NCBI GenBank assembly: GCA_021825655.1
Contig: JAKAGU010000001.1
Span: 50,358-114,357 of the forward strand
Length of the DNA: 64,000 nt
DNA from: a bacterium
GTDB taxonomy: Bacteria > Patescibacteriota > Doudnabacteria > UBA920
Direction: 5' to 3'
The position numbers were made by a program, and so were the translations under genes. Below are positions 17,621 to 26,252 of this stretch, piece by piece; position 1 is the first letter of the stretch, and every line of letters starts with the position of its first letter. The notes beneath the pieces were generated by a model. It worked only from the letters and a program-made list of their open reading frames with translations, did no database searches and was not told the DNA's origin.

Positions 17621-17823
17621 GGGCGTAAGCTTGGGTTGGTAGAGCGGACGTCTTATACACGTCTGGTCCTAGGCCCGCCCCGTCACCCTTTAGTAAATGC
17701 GCGCGTAGCTCAGTTGGTAGAGCGGACGTCTTATACACGTCTGGTCCCAGGTTCGAGTCCTGGCGCGCGCACCAATAACCAACAATTTTGGGTGACTGGG
17801 TGAAAGTCCTAGTACGCCCACCA
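17621..17823 (+). ncRNA. Outer tRNA-like RNA enclosing tRNA-Ile(UAU)
   Basis: GGGCGTA 17621-17627 pairs with TACGCCC 17813-17819 followed by ACCA; T-arm CTGGG-TGAAAGT-CCTAG; GTCACCC/GGGTGAC helix brackets the inner tRNA. Confidence 0.55.
17699..17774 (+). tRNA. tRNA-Ile(TAT)
   Basis: GCGCGCG-TA-GCTC..GAGC-G-GACGT-CTTATAC-ACGTC-TGGTC-CCAGG-TTCGAGT-CCTGG-CGCGCGC-ACCA; anticodon TAT. Confidence 0.92.
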
Positions 17824-17850
17824 AAAACCCCCGAAAGGTCGGGGGTTTTT
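17823..17850. terminator. Bidirectional terminator
   Basis: AAAAACCCCCGA-aagg-TCGGGGGTTTTT directly after the outer CCA. Confidence 0.85.
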
Positions 17851-17851
17851 A

Positions 17852-18445
17852 TTATGCGCTCACTTTGAGTTTTTTGAGAAAAGCTTCGAGCTTATGAACG
17901 TTCTTTTTGTATTGGAACGTGTGCATGCCCAAGCGTTTGGCTGGGATGAGATTTTTTTTCTTGTCGTCGACCAGAATGGTTTGTGCGGGTTTGAGTTTGA
18001 ATGTTTTAATCACGTAGTTATAAATATTCAAATTCGGTTTGCGCATGCCGACTTTGGAAGAATTTACAAAAGGCAGGCTGCCAAAAGTTATTCCGAGTTT
18101 TTTGGCAATAAAAGCGGGCCCGTTTTTGCTGTTGTTGGACAAAATAATGACTTGGTATTTTTGCGCGAGCCGGTTGGCCAGCTTCCAAGTGGGTTTAAAT
18201 AATTTGAAGCCGGTGATGACTTGCCTGATTTGGGTTTCGGCCACCTGGGGCGTGACTTGCTGGCTCAGTAATTTGCAGTATTCTTCAATCGTACATTGGT
18301 TCAAGTCATCCATGCGGCAAATTTTTCGAAAGGCCAGAGCCTGTTTGGCGCTCCAAAGCCGGGAGTATTTGTTTTCAAATTCTTTGGATGTGTCGCTGAC
18401 TAGCACATCGCCAAAGTCAAAAATAATGGCTGTGATATCGGGCAT
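17852..18445 (-). CDS. HAD-superfamily phosphatase
   Basis: IIFDFGDVL, LSN, GMRKP, VDD, AKRLGM. Confidence 0.88.
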   Translation of the reverse strand: MPDITAIIFDFGDVLVSDTSKEFENKYSRLWSAKQALAFRKICRMDDLNQCTIEEYCKLLSQQVTPQVAETQIRQVITGFKLFKPTWKLANRLAQKYQVIILSNNSKNGPAFIAKKLGITFGSLPFVNSSKVGMRKPNLNIYNYVIKTFKLKPAQTILVDDKKKNLIPAKRLGMHTFQYKKNVHKLEAFLKKLKVSA

Positions 18446-18484
18446 CTTTTTAAAAAGGGCTCTTTTAGGAGCCCTTTGTTATGG

Positions 18485-20950
18485 TTAGATGATTGTTGCA
18501 GAAGCGACCTTGTCCCCTTCGTCCAGGCGCATGACGCGTACGCCCTGGGTGGCGCGGCCGAGGGTAGAAACCGAATTGAGCGGCGTGCGGATGGTTTGGC
18601 CCGCTTTGGAGATAATTACCAAATCATGTTCTTCTTTGTTGTTTAGAATATACATGGCCACAATTTTGCCCGTTTTAGGCGTAACCTTCAGTGTTTTAAT
18701 GCCGCTGCCCGAACGCTTCTGGACTTTGTAATATGCGGCTTCGGTTTTTTTACCCAGCCCGTTTTCAGTAACAATTAGAACTTCCAGGTCTTTGACGTTT
18801 ACTTCTTTGCGGATAATGTCCATGGAAATAATCTGGTCGCCCTTCTTAAGGCGCATGCCCGTCACTCCGGCCGCAGACCGGCCCATGGGGCGGACGTCTT
18901 TTTCCGAAAAGCGGATGGCTTGGCCGTTTTCCGTGGACAGCATTACCTGGTCGTCGCCCGCGGAAATATCCACCCACTTGAGTTCGTCCCCGTCTTTCAG
19001 GTTTAAGGCAATCATACCCGTGCGGCGCACTTTTGCAAATTCTTCCCGCGCGGTTTTCTTAATCAACCCGTTCCGGGTGGCCATAATGAAGTATTTGGCC
19101 GAAGTTTTTTTGGACATGGTGAGCACGGCCTGGGCGGTTTCGCCGCCTTGCAGCTGCAAAAAGTTAACCAGTGCTTGGCCTTTGGAGGTCCGGCTGCCCT
19201 CGGGCAGCTCGTATACCTTGGTTTGGAAGACCCTTCCCCGGTTGGTGAAAAACAGGATGTCGTCGTGGGTGTGGGAAGAAATAAGTTTGTCGACCACATC
19301 CTCCTCTTTCAGGGTTTGGCCAATCACCCCTTTGCCGCCGCGAGCCTGCTGGCGGTATGTGTCCGGAGCCAGCCGTTTGACGTAGCCGGACTTGGTAATG
19401 GTAATAATCACATTTTGTTCCGGGATCAGGTCTTCGGCCGAGAAGGTGCCGACCGCATGTTTGACGACCTGGGTTTTCCTTTCATCGCCGTATTTTTCTT
19501 TGAGCTCCAACACTTCGTTTTTAATGATGCCTAAAATTAACTTTTTGGAAGAAAGGATTTTCTCCAGTTCCGCAATCAAAGCCTTTTTTTCTTTAAGTTC
19601 ATCGTCGATTTTTTTCCGTTCCAGTCCGGCCAGTGTCTGCAAGCGCATTTCCAAAATTGCGTCGGCCTGGATTTCGCTGAGCTTGAATTTTTTAATCAAA
19701 TTCGCCTTGGCTTCTTCCTTGGTCGGGCTTTTTTTGATGGTGTTAATAACCTCGTCAATGTGGTCCAGGGCTTTTTTCAGACCTTCCAGAATATGGGCCC
19801 GTTCCTTGGCTTTTTTCAGTTCATACTCCGTGCGGCGGCGCACCACAATCTGGCGGTGCTCCAGGTATTTTTCTAACACGGTTTTCAGGTTGAGGACATG
19901 GGGTTCAATGCCATCCACCAGGGCCAGCATATTCATGTGGAAGGTTTCCTGCAGCTGGGTGTAGGAAAACAGCTGGTTTAAAATTTTGTTGGGCAGGCCG
20001 TCTTTTTTAATGTCCACCACAATACGCACGCCGTCCTTATCGGATTCGTCGCGCACATCACGGATACCCTCGATTTTTTTATCTGAGACCAGTTGTGCAA
20101 TTTTTTCCAGCAGGGTGGCCTTGTTAACGCGGTACGGAATTTCGTGGACGAGAATTTGGAAAGTACCGCTTTTGGTTTCCACAATGTCGGTTTTGGCCCG
20201 CATGACGATGCTTCCCTTGCCGGTGGCATAGGCGTTTTTAATGGCGTTGATGTCATAGATGATGCCGCCAGTGGGGAAGTCCGGGCCTTTAATGAATTCC
20301 AACAAATCTTCCACGGTAATTTCCGAATCGTTAATCAGTGCCACGACGGCATCGCAGACTTCGGTCAGGTTATGGGGCGGGATGTCGGTTGCCATGCCTA
20401 CGGCAATGCCCAGAGTCCCGTTTAGTAATAAATTCGGCAGCTTGCCGGGCAGCACGGCCGGTTCCTTGCGGGTGGCGTCATAGTTGTCGCGCCAGTCCAC
20501 AGTTTCCTTGTCGAGGTCCAGGAGAATCTCTTCCGCGGGCGCAGACATGCGGGCTTCCGTGTACCGCATAGCCGCAGCGCCGTCACCGTCCATGGAACCG
20601 AAGTTGCCTTGGCCGTCAATTAGCCGGTAGCGCATGGCAAAGCTTTGGGCCATGTGAACCATGGAGTCGTATACGGCAATATCCCCGTGCGGGTGGTATT
20701 TTCCCAGCACATCACCCACCACAGCCGCTGACTTTCTGAATTTTACATTGTGGCGCAGGCCCATTTCATGCATGGCGTAAAGAATTCTGCGGTGCACAGG
20801 CTTCAGGCCGTCGCGAACATCGGGCAAGGCACGGGAGACAATCACGCTCATCGCATAATCCAAATAGGATTCTTGCATTTCCGTCTGAATGTCGCGGTCT
20901 TTCAGCAAGCCGATGTTATCCTTTAGAGGTTCGTTGGAGTCTTTGGGCAT
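18485..20950 (-). CDS. gyrA: DNA gyrase subunit A
   Basis: [29 protein letters not shown], GyrA box QARGGKG. Confidence 0.98.
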   Translation of the reverse strand: MPKDSNEPLKDNIGLLKDRDIQTEMQESYLDYAMSVIVSRALPDVRDGLKPVHRRILYAMHEMGLRHNVKFRKSAAVVGDVLGKYHPHGDIAVYDSMVHMAQSFAMRYRLIDGQGNFGSMDGDGAAAMRYTEARMSAPAEEILLDLDKETVDWRDNYDATRKEPAVLPGKLPNLLLNGTLGIAVGMATDIPPHNLTEVCDAVVALINDSEITVEDLLEFIKGPDFPTGGIIYDINAIKNAYATGKGSIVMRAKTDIVETKSGTFQILVHEIPYRVNKATLLEKIAQLVSDKKIEGIRDVRDESDKDGVRIVVDIKKDGLPNKILNQLFSYTQLQETFHMNMLALVDGIEPHVLNLKTVLEKYLEHRQIVVRRRTEYELKKAKERAHILEGLKKALDHIDEVINTIKKSPTKEEAKANLIKKFKLSEIQADAILEMRLQTLAGLERKKIDDELKEKKALIAELEKILSSKKLILGIIKNEVLELKEKYGDERKTQVVKHAVGTFSAEDLIPEQNVIITITKSGYVKRLAPDTYRQQARGGKGVIGQTLKEEDVVDKLISSHTHDDILFFTNRGRVFQTKVYELPEGSRTSKGQALVNFLQLQGGETAQAVLTMSKKTSAKYFIMATRNGLIKKTAREEFAKVRRTGMIALNLKDGDELKWVDISAGDDQVMLSTENGQAIRFSEKDVRPMGRSAAGVTGMRLKKGDQIISMDIIRKEVNVKDLEVLIVTENGLGKKTEAAYYKVQKRSGSGIKTLKVTPKTGKIVAMYILNNKEEHDLVIISKAGQTIRTPLNSVSTLGRATQGVRVMRLDEGDKVASATII

Positions 20951-20970
20951 AGGGTTTAAGAGGTGTTGAG

Positions 20971-21534
20971 TTAGATGTTTTGGACTTTAGTTTGTTGTGA
21001 AATTTTTTGCAGAACGCTGCGCGTTTTTTGAATTCTCTCCATCCAAATTGAGACGCGGAAAGGAAATTTTTCTAAATCTTGGGGCAGATCCTCTGCCAGC
21101 CAGTGCTGTTCCAGTTCCTGGAAAAGCGCGTTTGTCAGATTTTTTATGCTCGGGGTCTCAGGTTCTCCTTTTGAGCTGTTACCCAAGAGCCGAAGCTCTT
21201 TTTCCCAGTTTTCCAGAAGCCTGGCCTGCTCCGCCTGTTCCTGGGGTGTGCCGGTAAAATTAGCCGGCTGCATCAGTAACTGTTTTTTCCAGACGTTTTC
21301 CTGAAAGCTTTGCCAGAGTTGGTTTTGGGCTTTGCGCCGCTCGTGTAAGTTGCCCAGTTGGTGGCTATCACCCAGTTTTTTTACAATGGGCCGGCTGGTT
21401 AACAGCCATTCGTAGAGTGCGGAGAGTTCTTTGTCTTGTTTTTTCAAGTAATCGGCGCTGGCCTGGGAAATTGACTCAGAAGACTCTGGGGTTTCCACGG
21501 ACAGGAGATTCTCCCTGTTCCCTAAGTATTTCAT
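20971..21534 (-). CDS. Hypothetical helical protein
   Basis: 187-aa ORF tightly packed in the operon upstream of gyrA; no motif recognised. Confidence 0.6.
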   Translation of the reverse strand: MKYLGNRENLLSVETPESSESISQASADYLKKQDKELSALYEWLLTSRPIVKKLGDSHQLGNLHERRKAQNQLWQSFQENVWKKQLLMQPANFTGTPQEQAEQARLLENWEKELRLLGNSSKGEPETPSIKNLTNALFQELEQHWLAEDLPQDLEKFPFRVSIWMERIQKTRSVLQKISQQTKVQNI

Positions 21535-21537
21535 GCG

Positions 21538-21747
21538 CTATTGTTTTTTCCCGAAACTGTTTTTTACGTCGCCAAAACCCCGGTAGATAACCTGGAAGAG
21601 CGAAGTGTCTTTGGGAACGTTTTTGGAATAGCGGCTAGTCAGAACCCAAACCAACACCAGCAGCGCAGCCGTAATTATAACCGCTCCCCAGATGATGCGG
21701 ATTTTTTCCGAATGGGATTTTTTTTGCAGGCGTTCTAAGAGTCCCAT
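21538..21747 (-). CDS. Small single-TM hypothetical protein
   Basis: Basic N-terminus plus one TM helix; operon spacing. Confidence 0.65.
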   Translation of the reverse strand: MGLLERLQKKSHSEKIRIIWGAVIITAALLVLVWVLTSRYSKNVPKDTSLFQVIYRGFGDVKNSFGKKQ

Positions 21748-21749
21748 GG

Positions 21750-22376
21750 CTATCTTAAGGGTTCAAGGATGATTAATTTTACACCTTCTTCCACCAGATC
21801 TTTTTTCTTCAAAGTCAGCTTGTCGGTCTCCTCTTTCTTGCCGCCCATTTCCTTGATGAATTTTTCCAGGGGATCCAGATCCAAGATTAAATCCTTCATT
21901 CTGTAATGGGAAGGGATGATTATTTTTGGCTCGATGGCGTTTACCGCTTTGCTGGCCGCGCTGGCCGACATGACGGTGTTCCCGCCCACCGGTAGGATTA
22001 AGATGTCGATGTCCCCTAAAGATTCCAACTCCTCTTCTTTCAGGTTCATTTCTTTTATATGGGTAAGGTTCAGGATGCGGATGTCTTCGCTTTCAATCAA
22101 AAAAGCCGTGACATAGTGGTCTTCCTGTTTTAGGGGTAGGCCGGTGATGGTGACGCCTTTGATATCGTATTCACCCGGGTCGAACACCTCAAAATATTCG
22201 CCGGAGATGCCCGAAACCGCGCTATAAAGGCTTTTATTTTTTTGGGATAAAACTAAAATATCGGCTTGGCCCCTTGGCGGCACCAGTCCGGAGTCTTTAT
22301 GAAAAGGGTCGGTAATAATGGTGGCGTTTTTGGTGGAGATTTTAAAACTGGACAGGCCGAAGTATTGGATTTGCAT
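21750..22376 (-). CDS. MBL-fold protein (Lactamase_B_3-like), metal-binding His residues degenerate
   Basis: IQYFGLSSF, ITDPF, PGEYDI, LPVGG, IIIPSHY; HxHxDH absent. Confidence 0.8.
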   Translation of the reverse strand: MQIQYFGLSSFKISTKNATIITDPFHKDSGLVPPRGQADILVLSQKNKSLYSAVSGISGEYFEVFDPGEYDIKGVTITGLPLKQEDHYVTAFLIESEDIRILNLTHIKEMNLKEEELESLGDIDILILPVGGNTVMSASAASKAVNAIEPKIIIPSHYRMKDLILDLDPLEKFIKEMGGKKEETDKLTLKKKDLVEEGVKLIILEPLR

Positions 22377-22505
22377 AAGTAGGACTTTTCGGGTTAAACA
22401 AAAATAAAAAACCTTAATGAATTGAGGGTTTTTAACCCGATGTAGGTACCTCCATTATAGCCTTTTTTATGCCAAAAAGCAAAGGTTTTTTCTCTTTTTT
22501 AGGCC

Positions 22506-22720
22506 TTGCCAAAAGGCCCGGTTTTTGGTAGAATACGAGAGCTTACATTGGGTAAGTGCCTGCAAGTAAAAAATATTAATCCCCGGTAAGCTTTAAGTTT
22601 TTTAGGCACTTTAATAATTAATCGTGTGGTTATTAATATTGCTCTTATTCCATCGGCTGCAATAGTCGATTTTTATTTGGATTAGCAAAGTAATACGCGA
22701 TTAAAGAAAGTATAATTATT
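22506..22720 (+). promoter_or_regulatory. rpsA promoter and about 180-nt structured leader
   Basis: TTGCCA(22506-22511)-17-TAGAAT(22529-22534); crossing helices in the leader. Confidence 0.6.
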
Positions 22721-23914
22721 ATGTCAGAAGAAGCACAAGTTACCCCACAGGTCCCGCAGCCAGTGGTGTACAGCCCAGCAGCCCAGAAAGCCCAGACCAT
22801 GCAGGAGTTGCTGTCCTCGGGTGTGGAAATTAAGGTCTTAAAGGCCGGCGACATGGTGGAAGGCTCGCTTATTTCCGTGGGCAAAAACGAAGTTTATGTG
22901 GACTTGGAAGGCTATGGCGTTGGCGTGGTCCGCGGCCGCGAACTTTATGACGACCAGGCTACCCTAAACGCCTTGAAGCCCGGCGACAAGGTGTTTGTGT
23001 CTGTCGTGGACCCGGAAAACAAAGATGGTATTGTGGAGTTGTCCATGCGCCAGGCCGGCCAGGAGCGGGTATGGCAGACCATCAAGGACAAGATGGACAA
23101 AAAAGAAGTGGTCCGCACCAAGATCCTGGAAGCCAACAAGGGCGGTTTAATGGTGGAGATAAACGGCGTTGTTGGTTTTTTGCCGGTCTCCCAGCTTTCC
23201 CTGGAGCATTATCCCCGGGTGGAAGATGGCGACAAGAACAAAATCTTGCAAGTGCTGCAGTCTTACGTCGGCCAGTTGTTCGATGTTCAGATTATTACCG
23301 CTGACAGCGAAGAAGAAAAGCTAATTGTCAGCGAAAAAGCCGTGTTTGAAGAAGAAATGGAAGCCAAACTGTCCAAACTTAAAATCGGCCAGGTGGTGGA
23401 AGGTATGATTACCGGCGTGGTGGATTTTGGCGCTTTCGTGAAGTTCGGCGAACTGGAAGGTTTGGTGCATATTTCCGAATTAGCCTGGCAGCGCATTGAA
23501 AATCCCAAAGACATTGTGCATGTTGGCCAGAAAGTCACGGCCAAAGTTATTTCCATCGATAAGGGCCGGGTTTCCCTGTCCATTAAACAGCTCATGGAAG
23601 ACCCTTGGCTGGAAGCCGTGAAAAAATACCAGATCGGCCAGAAGATTACGGGCCGGGTTACCAAGTTGATGCCCTTTGGCGTGTTTGTGGAATTGGATAA
23701 AAACATCCAGGGTTTGGCCCATATTATGGAATTGTCCCACGAAGCGGTTAAAAATCCGGAAGAAGTGCTGAAAGTCGGCGAAGAAAAAGAATTTAAAATA
23801 ATTTCCATTGAGCCGGCGGAGCACCGTTTGGGTTTGTCTTTGCGGGCTTTGCAGGAGCCGCCGAAAAAAGCAGAAGAGAAGCCGGTGGCAACCGAAGCGG
23901 CACCTCAGGCTTAA
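22721..23914 (+). CDS. rpsA: 30S ribosomal protein S1 (four S1 domains)
   Basis: GFLPVSQL, FGAFV..EGLVHISELAW, FGVFV..GLAHIMEL. Confidence 0.93.
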   Translation: MSEEAQVTPQVPQPVVYSPAAQKAQTMQELLSSGVEIKVLKAGDMVEGSLISVGKNEVYVDLEGYGVGVVRGRELYDDQATLNALKPGDKVFVSVVDPENKDGIVELSMRQAGQERVWQTIKDKMDKKEVVRTKILEANKGGLMVEINGVVGFLPVSQLSLEHYPRVEDGDKNKILQVLQSYVGQLFDVQIITADSEEEKLIVSEKAVFEEEMEAKLSKLKIGQVVEGMITGVVDFGAFVKFGELEGLVHISELAWQRIENPKDIVHVGQKVTAKVISIDKGRVSLSIKQLMEDPWLEAVKKYQIGQKITGRVTKLMPFGVFVELDKNIQGLAHIMELSHEAVKNPEEVLKVGEEKEFKIISIEPAEHRLGLSLRALQEPPKKAEEKPVATEAAPQA

Positions 23915-23930
23915 GCCTGTTTCCGCTAAC

Positions 23931-23968
23931 CTAAAACCCCCTCTCCGCATTAGGAGAGGGGGTTTTAG
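23931..23968. terminator. Bidirectional terminator
   Basis: CTAAAACCCCCTCTCC-gcatta-GGAGAGGGGGTTTTAG. Confidence 0.85.
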
Positions 23969-23978
23969 TATTTCGGCT

Positions 23979-24203
23979 TTACATTGCCGGTTTGGCATCG
24001 CACATCTTGCAGGTCTTTTTGTGGGTGAAGGCTTCGTACAAAGCGGCTAAGCCTACGAGGAGGTAGACGAGCATTTCCAAGGTTGGCCACTTGCCAACCA
24101 GGACATTGACCAGGTTAAACTTAAAGGCCACCAAGCCCCAGTTCAGCCCGCCGATGACAAGCAGGACAAAACTAATCATATGCATCATTTTCATTTTAGT
24201 CAC
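23979..24203 (-). CDS. DUF378 family small membrane protein
   Basis: LLVIGGLNWGL...NLV...VYLLVGLAALY. Confidence 0.88.
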   Translation of the reverse strand: MTKMKMMHMISFVLLVIGGLNWGLVAFKFNLVNVLVGKWPTLEMLVYLLVGLAALYEAFTHKKTCKMCDAKPAM

Positions 24204-24326
24204 CCCCTCTCTTTCAAGGTTTGAGTAAAATATTCTCTATCTATAGTATACCAGCTTTTGGCAAGTTTTCTGGCGGAGTTATCCAGTTCTATAAAAAAAT
24301 CGCCTTATTTAGGCGATTTTTTGAAT

Positions 24327-25715
24327 TTACCAGCCAAACATTTTCCCCACTTCTTCCGGGTTTTCCCGGCGGCGGGCCACTTTTATTTCCCCGTTTTGGG
24401 CAATCAGCTTAGCCGGGCTGGACAAGAGGCAGTGATGGGAGGCCAGCGAATCTTGGTAGGCGCCAGTGTCTAAAAAGGCAATGTAAAGTTCGTCAGTCTC
24501 CGACAGCCGGGGCAGCAGGATGTAGCCGCCGCCAGCCGTGTATTTGTCGTCAGAGTCACAGGAGCTGCCGGCCAGCCAGACTTTCTCCAGCTTTCTCGTA
24601 GTCATTTGGTTAATGGGGACCACGTGCCATTTTTGATGTATGGCCCAGGTGTCAATGAGGTCGTTCATAAAACTGCCGTTGACCACGTACCATTTGTTTT
24701 TGCCTTTATTCTCCACGGTCTTTTCAGCCAGGATTTTGTAAATAGTCAGCTGCGCCGGAGCGGCCACATAACGACCCCACTCCACGATTAGGTTGGGATG
24801 TTTGACGCCCAAACGGTCGCAGTGGCTCTTGGCATTTTTAATTAAGTGTTGAATCAGGTTTTTAGCTGAATAGAAATGTTTGCGCTTCTCGTAAGGCACG
24901 CCCGCTCCCCCGCCCATATCAATCGTGTCCAGGCCCGGGTTTTTTTCCCGCAGCTTGGCATAGAGCTCGATGGCGCGTTTTAGGGGCTTGACCAGCCCGT
25001 CCATTTTTTCGATCTGGCTGGAGATGTGGTAGTGGAGCACGGACAGGCCCCTGACTTTGCCCAGGCGCAGCAGCTCTTCTTCCGTAAAGCCGAAACGGTT
25101 GAACTTTTTATCCCAATGGCTGTTGATTTTGATGTTGAGGTTGACCCGGATGCCGACTTCGCCTTTGAACTTTTTTAAGCGCTCCAGCTCCGTATAGTCT
25201 TCAATAATCGGGATAACAATCAGGCCCTTGCCTTTCAGCTCCTCAATCAGGCTAATGTATTTTTCCGTCTTGGGGCCGTTGCAGATAACCCGGATTTTGG
25301 CATTAAACTTGTCTTGCTCAATCATGCGTTTAACCAAAAACAGCTCATTGGCGCTGGAAACTTCCAAGTTGGCGCCTTCGGCTACGGCCGGCAGGACAAA
25401 TTCCTTGTTCTGGTTAACCTTCATGGCATAGTGGTAGTAGAAGCGCGCCTTATAATTCAGGACTTTAATGTAGGCGTTGAAGGTTTCAATCAAATCCCGC
25501 ACCCGGTTTTCGATAATCGTCGGAAACATGATTTCCGTGCTGGAGCCGTATTTTTTGACAATGTCAAAAATGTTGTATTGGAAGTTGCCTTCCCTTACAA
25601 TCAGTTCGCCGTCAGGGCTGATATCAAAATTTTGGGTATTGTATTCTTCAATGCCCAGCTTCCAGAATTTTTTGAACCCGTTCTTTTTTTTGGCTGCGGT
25701 CTTGGTGGTCATCAA
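24327..25715 (-). CDS. speA: Arginine decarboxylase-like group IV PLP decarboxylase
   Basis: YAMKVNQ (PLP Lys), CNGPK, HYHISSQ, DMGGG, SCDSDD, TGAYQ. Confidence 0.75.
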   Translation of the reverse strand: MMTTKTAAKKKNGFKKFWKLGIEEYNTQNFDISPDGELIVREGNFQYNIFDIVKKYGSSTEIMFPTIIENRVRDLIETFNAYIKVLNYKARFYYHYAMKVNQNKEFVLPAVAEGANLEVSSANELFLVKRMIEQDKFNAKIRVICNGPKTEKYISLIEELKGKGLIVIPIIEDYTELERLKKFKGEVGIRVNLNIKINSHWDKKFNRFGFTEEELLRLGKVRGLSVLHYHISSQIEKMDGLVKPLKRAIELYAKLREKNPGLDTIDMGGGAGVPYEKRKHFYSAKNLIQHLIKNAKSHCDRLGVKHPNLIVEWGRYVAAPAQLTIYKILAEKTVENKGKNKWYVVNGSFMNDLIDTWAIHQKWHVVPINQMTTRKLEKVWLAGSSCDSDDKYTAGGGYILLPRLSETDELYIAFLDTGAYQDSLASHHCLLSSPAKLIAQNGEIKVARRRENPEEVGKMFGW

Positions 25716-25780
25716 ATTTAAATTAATTAACTGCTAAGAGTACAGTATTTTTTGGAATTAGTCAACCCTTTGAGCCGGAT

Positions 25781-25903
25781 AAAAAAAGACCCGTTCAGCT
25801 GGAACGCGTCTCATGTTGAATTAAGCCATTGGCTTGACCGCTTTGGTTGTGGACGGAGAAGGCTAAGTTGTAATTTTGGTTCAACTCCAGAAAATGAATA
25901 ACA
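25781..25903 (-). ncRNA. Candidate small RNA (about 120 nt)
   Basis: TTGACA(25937-25932)-17-TAAATT(25914-25909); terminator GACGCGTTC-cagct-GAACGGGTC-T7; no ORF. Confidence 0.4.
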
Positions 25904-26000
25904 AACGTAATTTATCACCAAAGAAAAACCTTGTCAAATTGAGCTTTTGAGCTTGATTTTATGAGGTATTTTGAGTAGAATTATAAGGCTTTATGCTCCG

Positions 26001-26076
26001 GGCGCATGGGCGAAGCATCTAACGCAGCGGTCTGCAAAACCGCGATTCATGGGTGCAAATCCCATCTGCGCCTCCA
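26001..26076 (+). tRNA. tRNA-Cys(GCA), non-canonical
   Basis: GCGGT-CTGCAAA-ACCGC anticodon arm, U73-CCA; irregular acceptor stem and D-loop. Confidence 0.8.
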
Positions 26077-26083
26077 AAAGCTT

Positions 26084-26170
26084 GCCCAGGTGGCGGAACT
26101 GGTATACGCTACAGACTTAAAATCTGTCGCCCGCAAGGGATTGAGGGTTCGATTCCCTCCCTGGGCACCA
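26084..26170 (+). tRNA. tRNA-Leu(TAA)
   Basis: ACAGA-CTTAAAA-TCTGT, long variable arm, CCA. Confidence 0.95.
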
Positions 26171-26252
26171 CGTGTTTCCGTAAAATCTATAAATAGCAGT
26201 TTACATAAACAACACCCCCGCCTAAAAGGCGGGGGTGTTGTTTATTGTAATA

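Noticed and set aside
17517-17738. N-terminal extension of the 616-aa ORF with a repeated YKTSALPT peptide
   Set aside because: It is the antisense translation of tRNA-Ile and its 35-nt duplicate; the real start is ATG 17516 before the TM helix.
17635-17747. attL/attR of an integrated element, or a CRISPR mini-array
   Set aside because: Only two copies 43 nt apart, tRNA-internal sequence, and no integrase or cas genes in the window.
17621-17823. tmRNA
   Set aside because: Too short, no G3-U70 pair in the outer acceptor stem (G-C), no tag ORF, and the interior is a complete tRNA.
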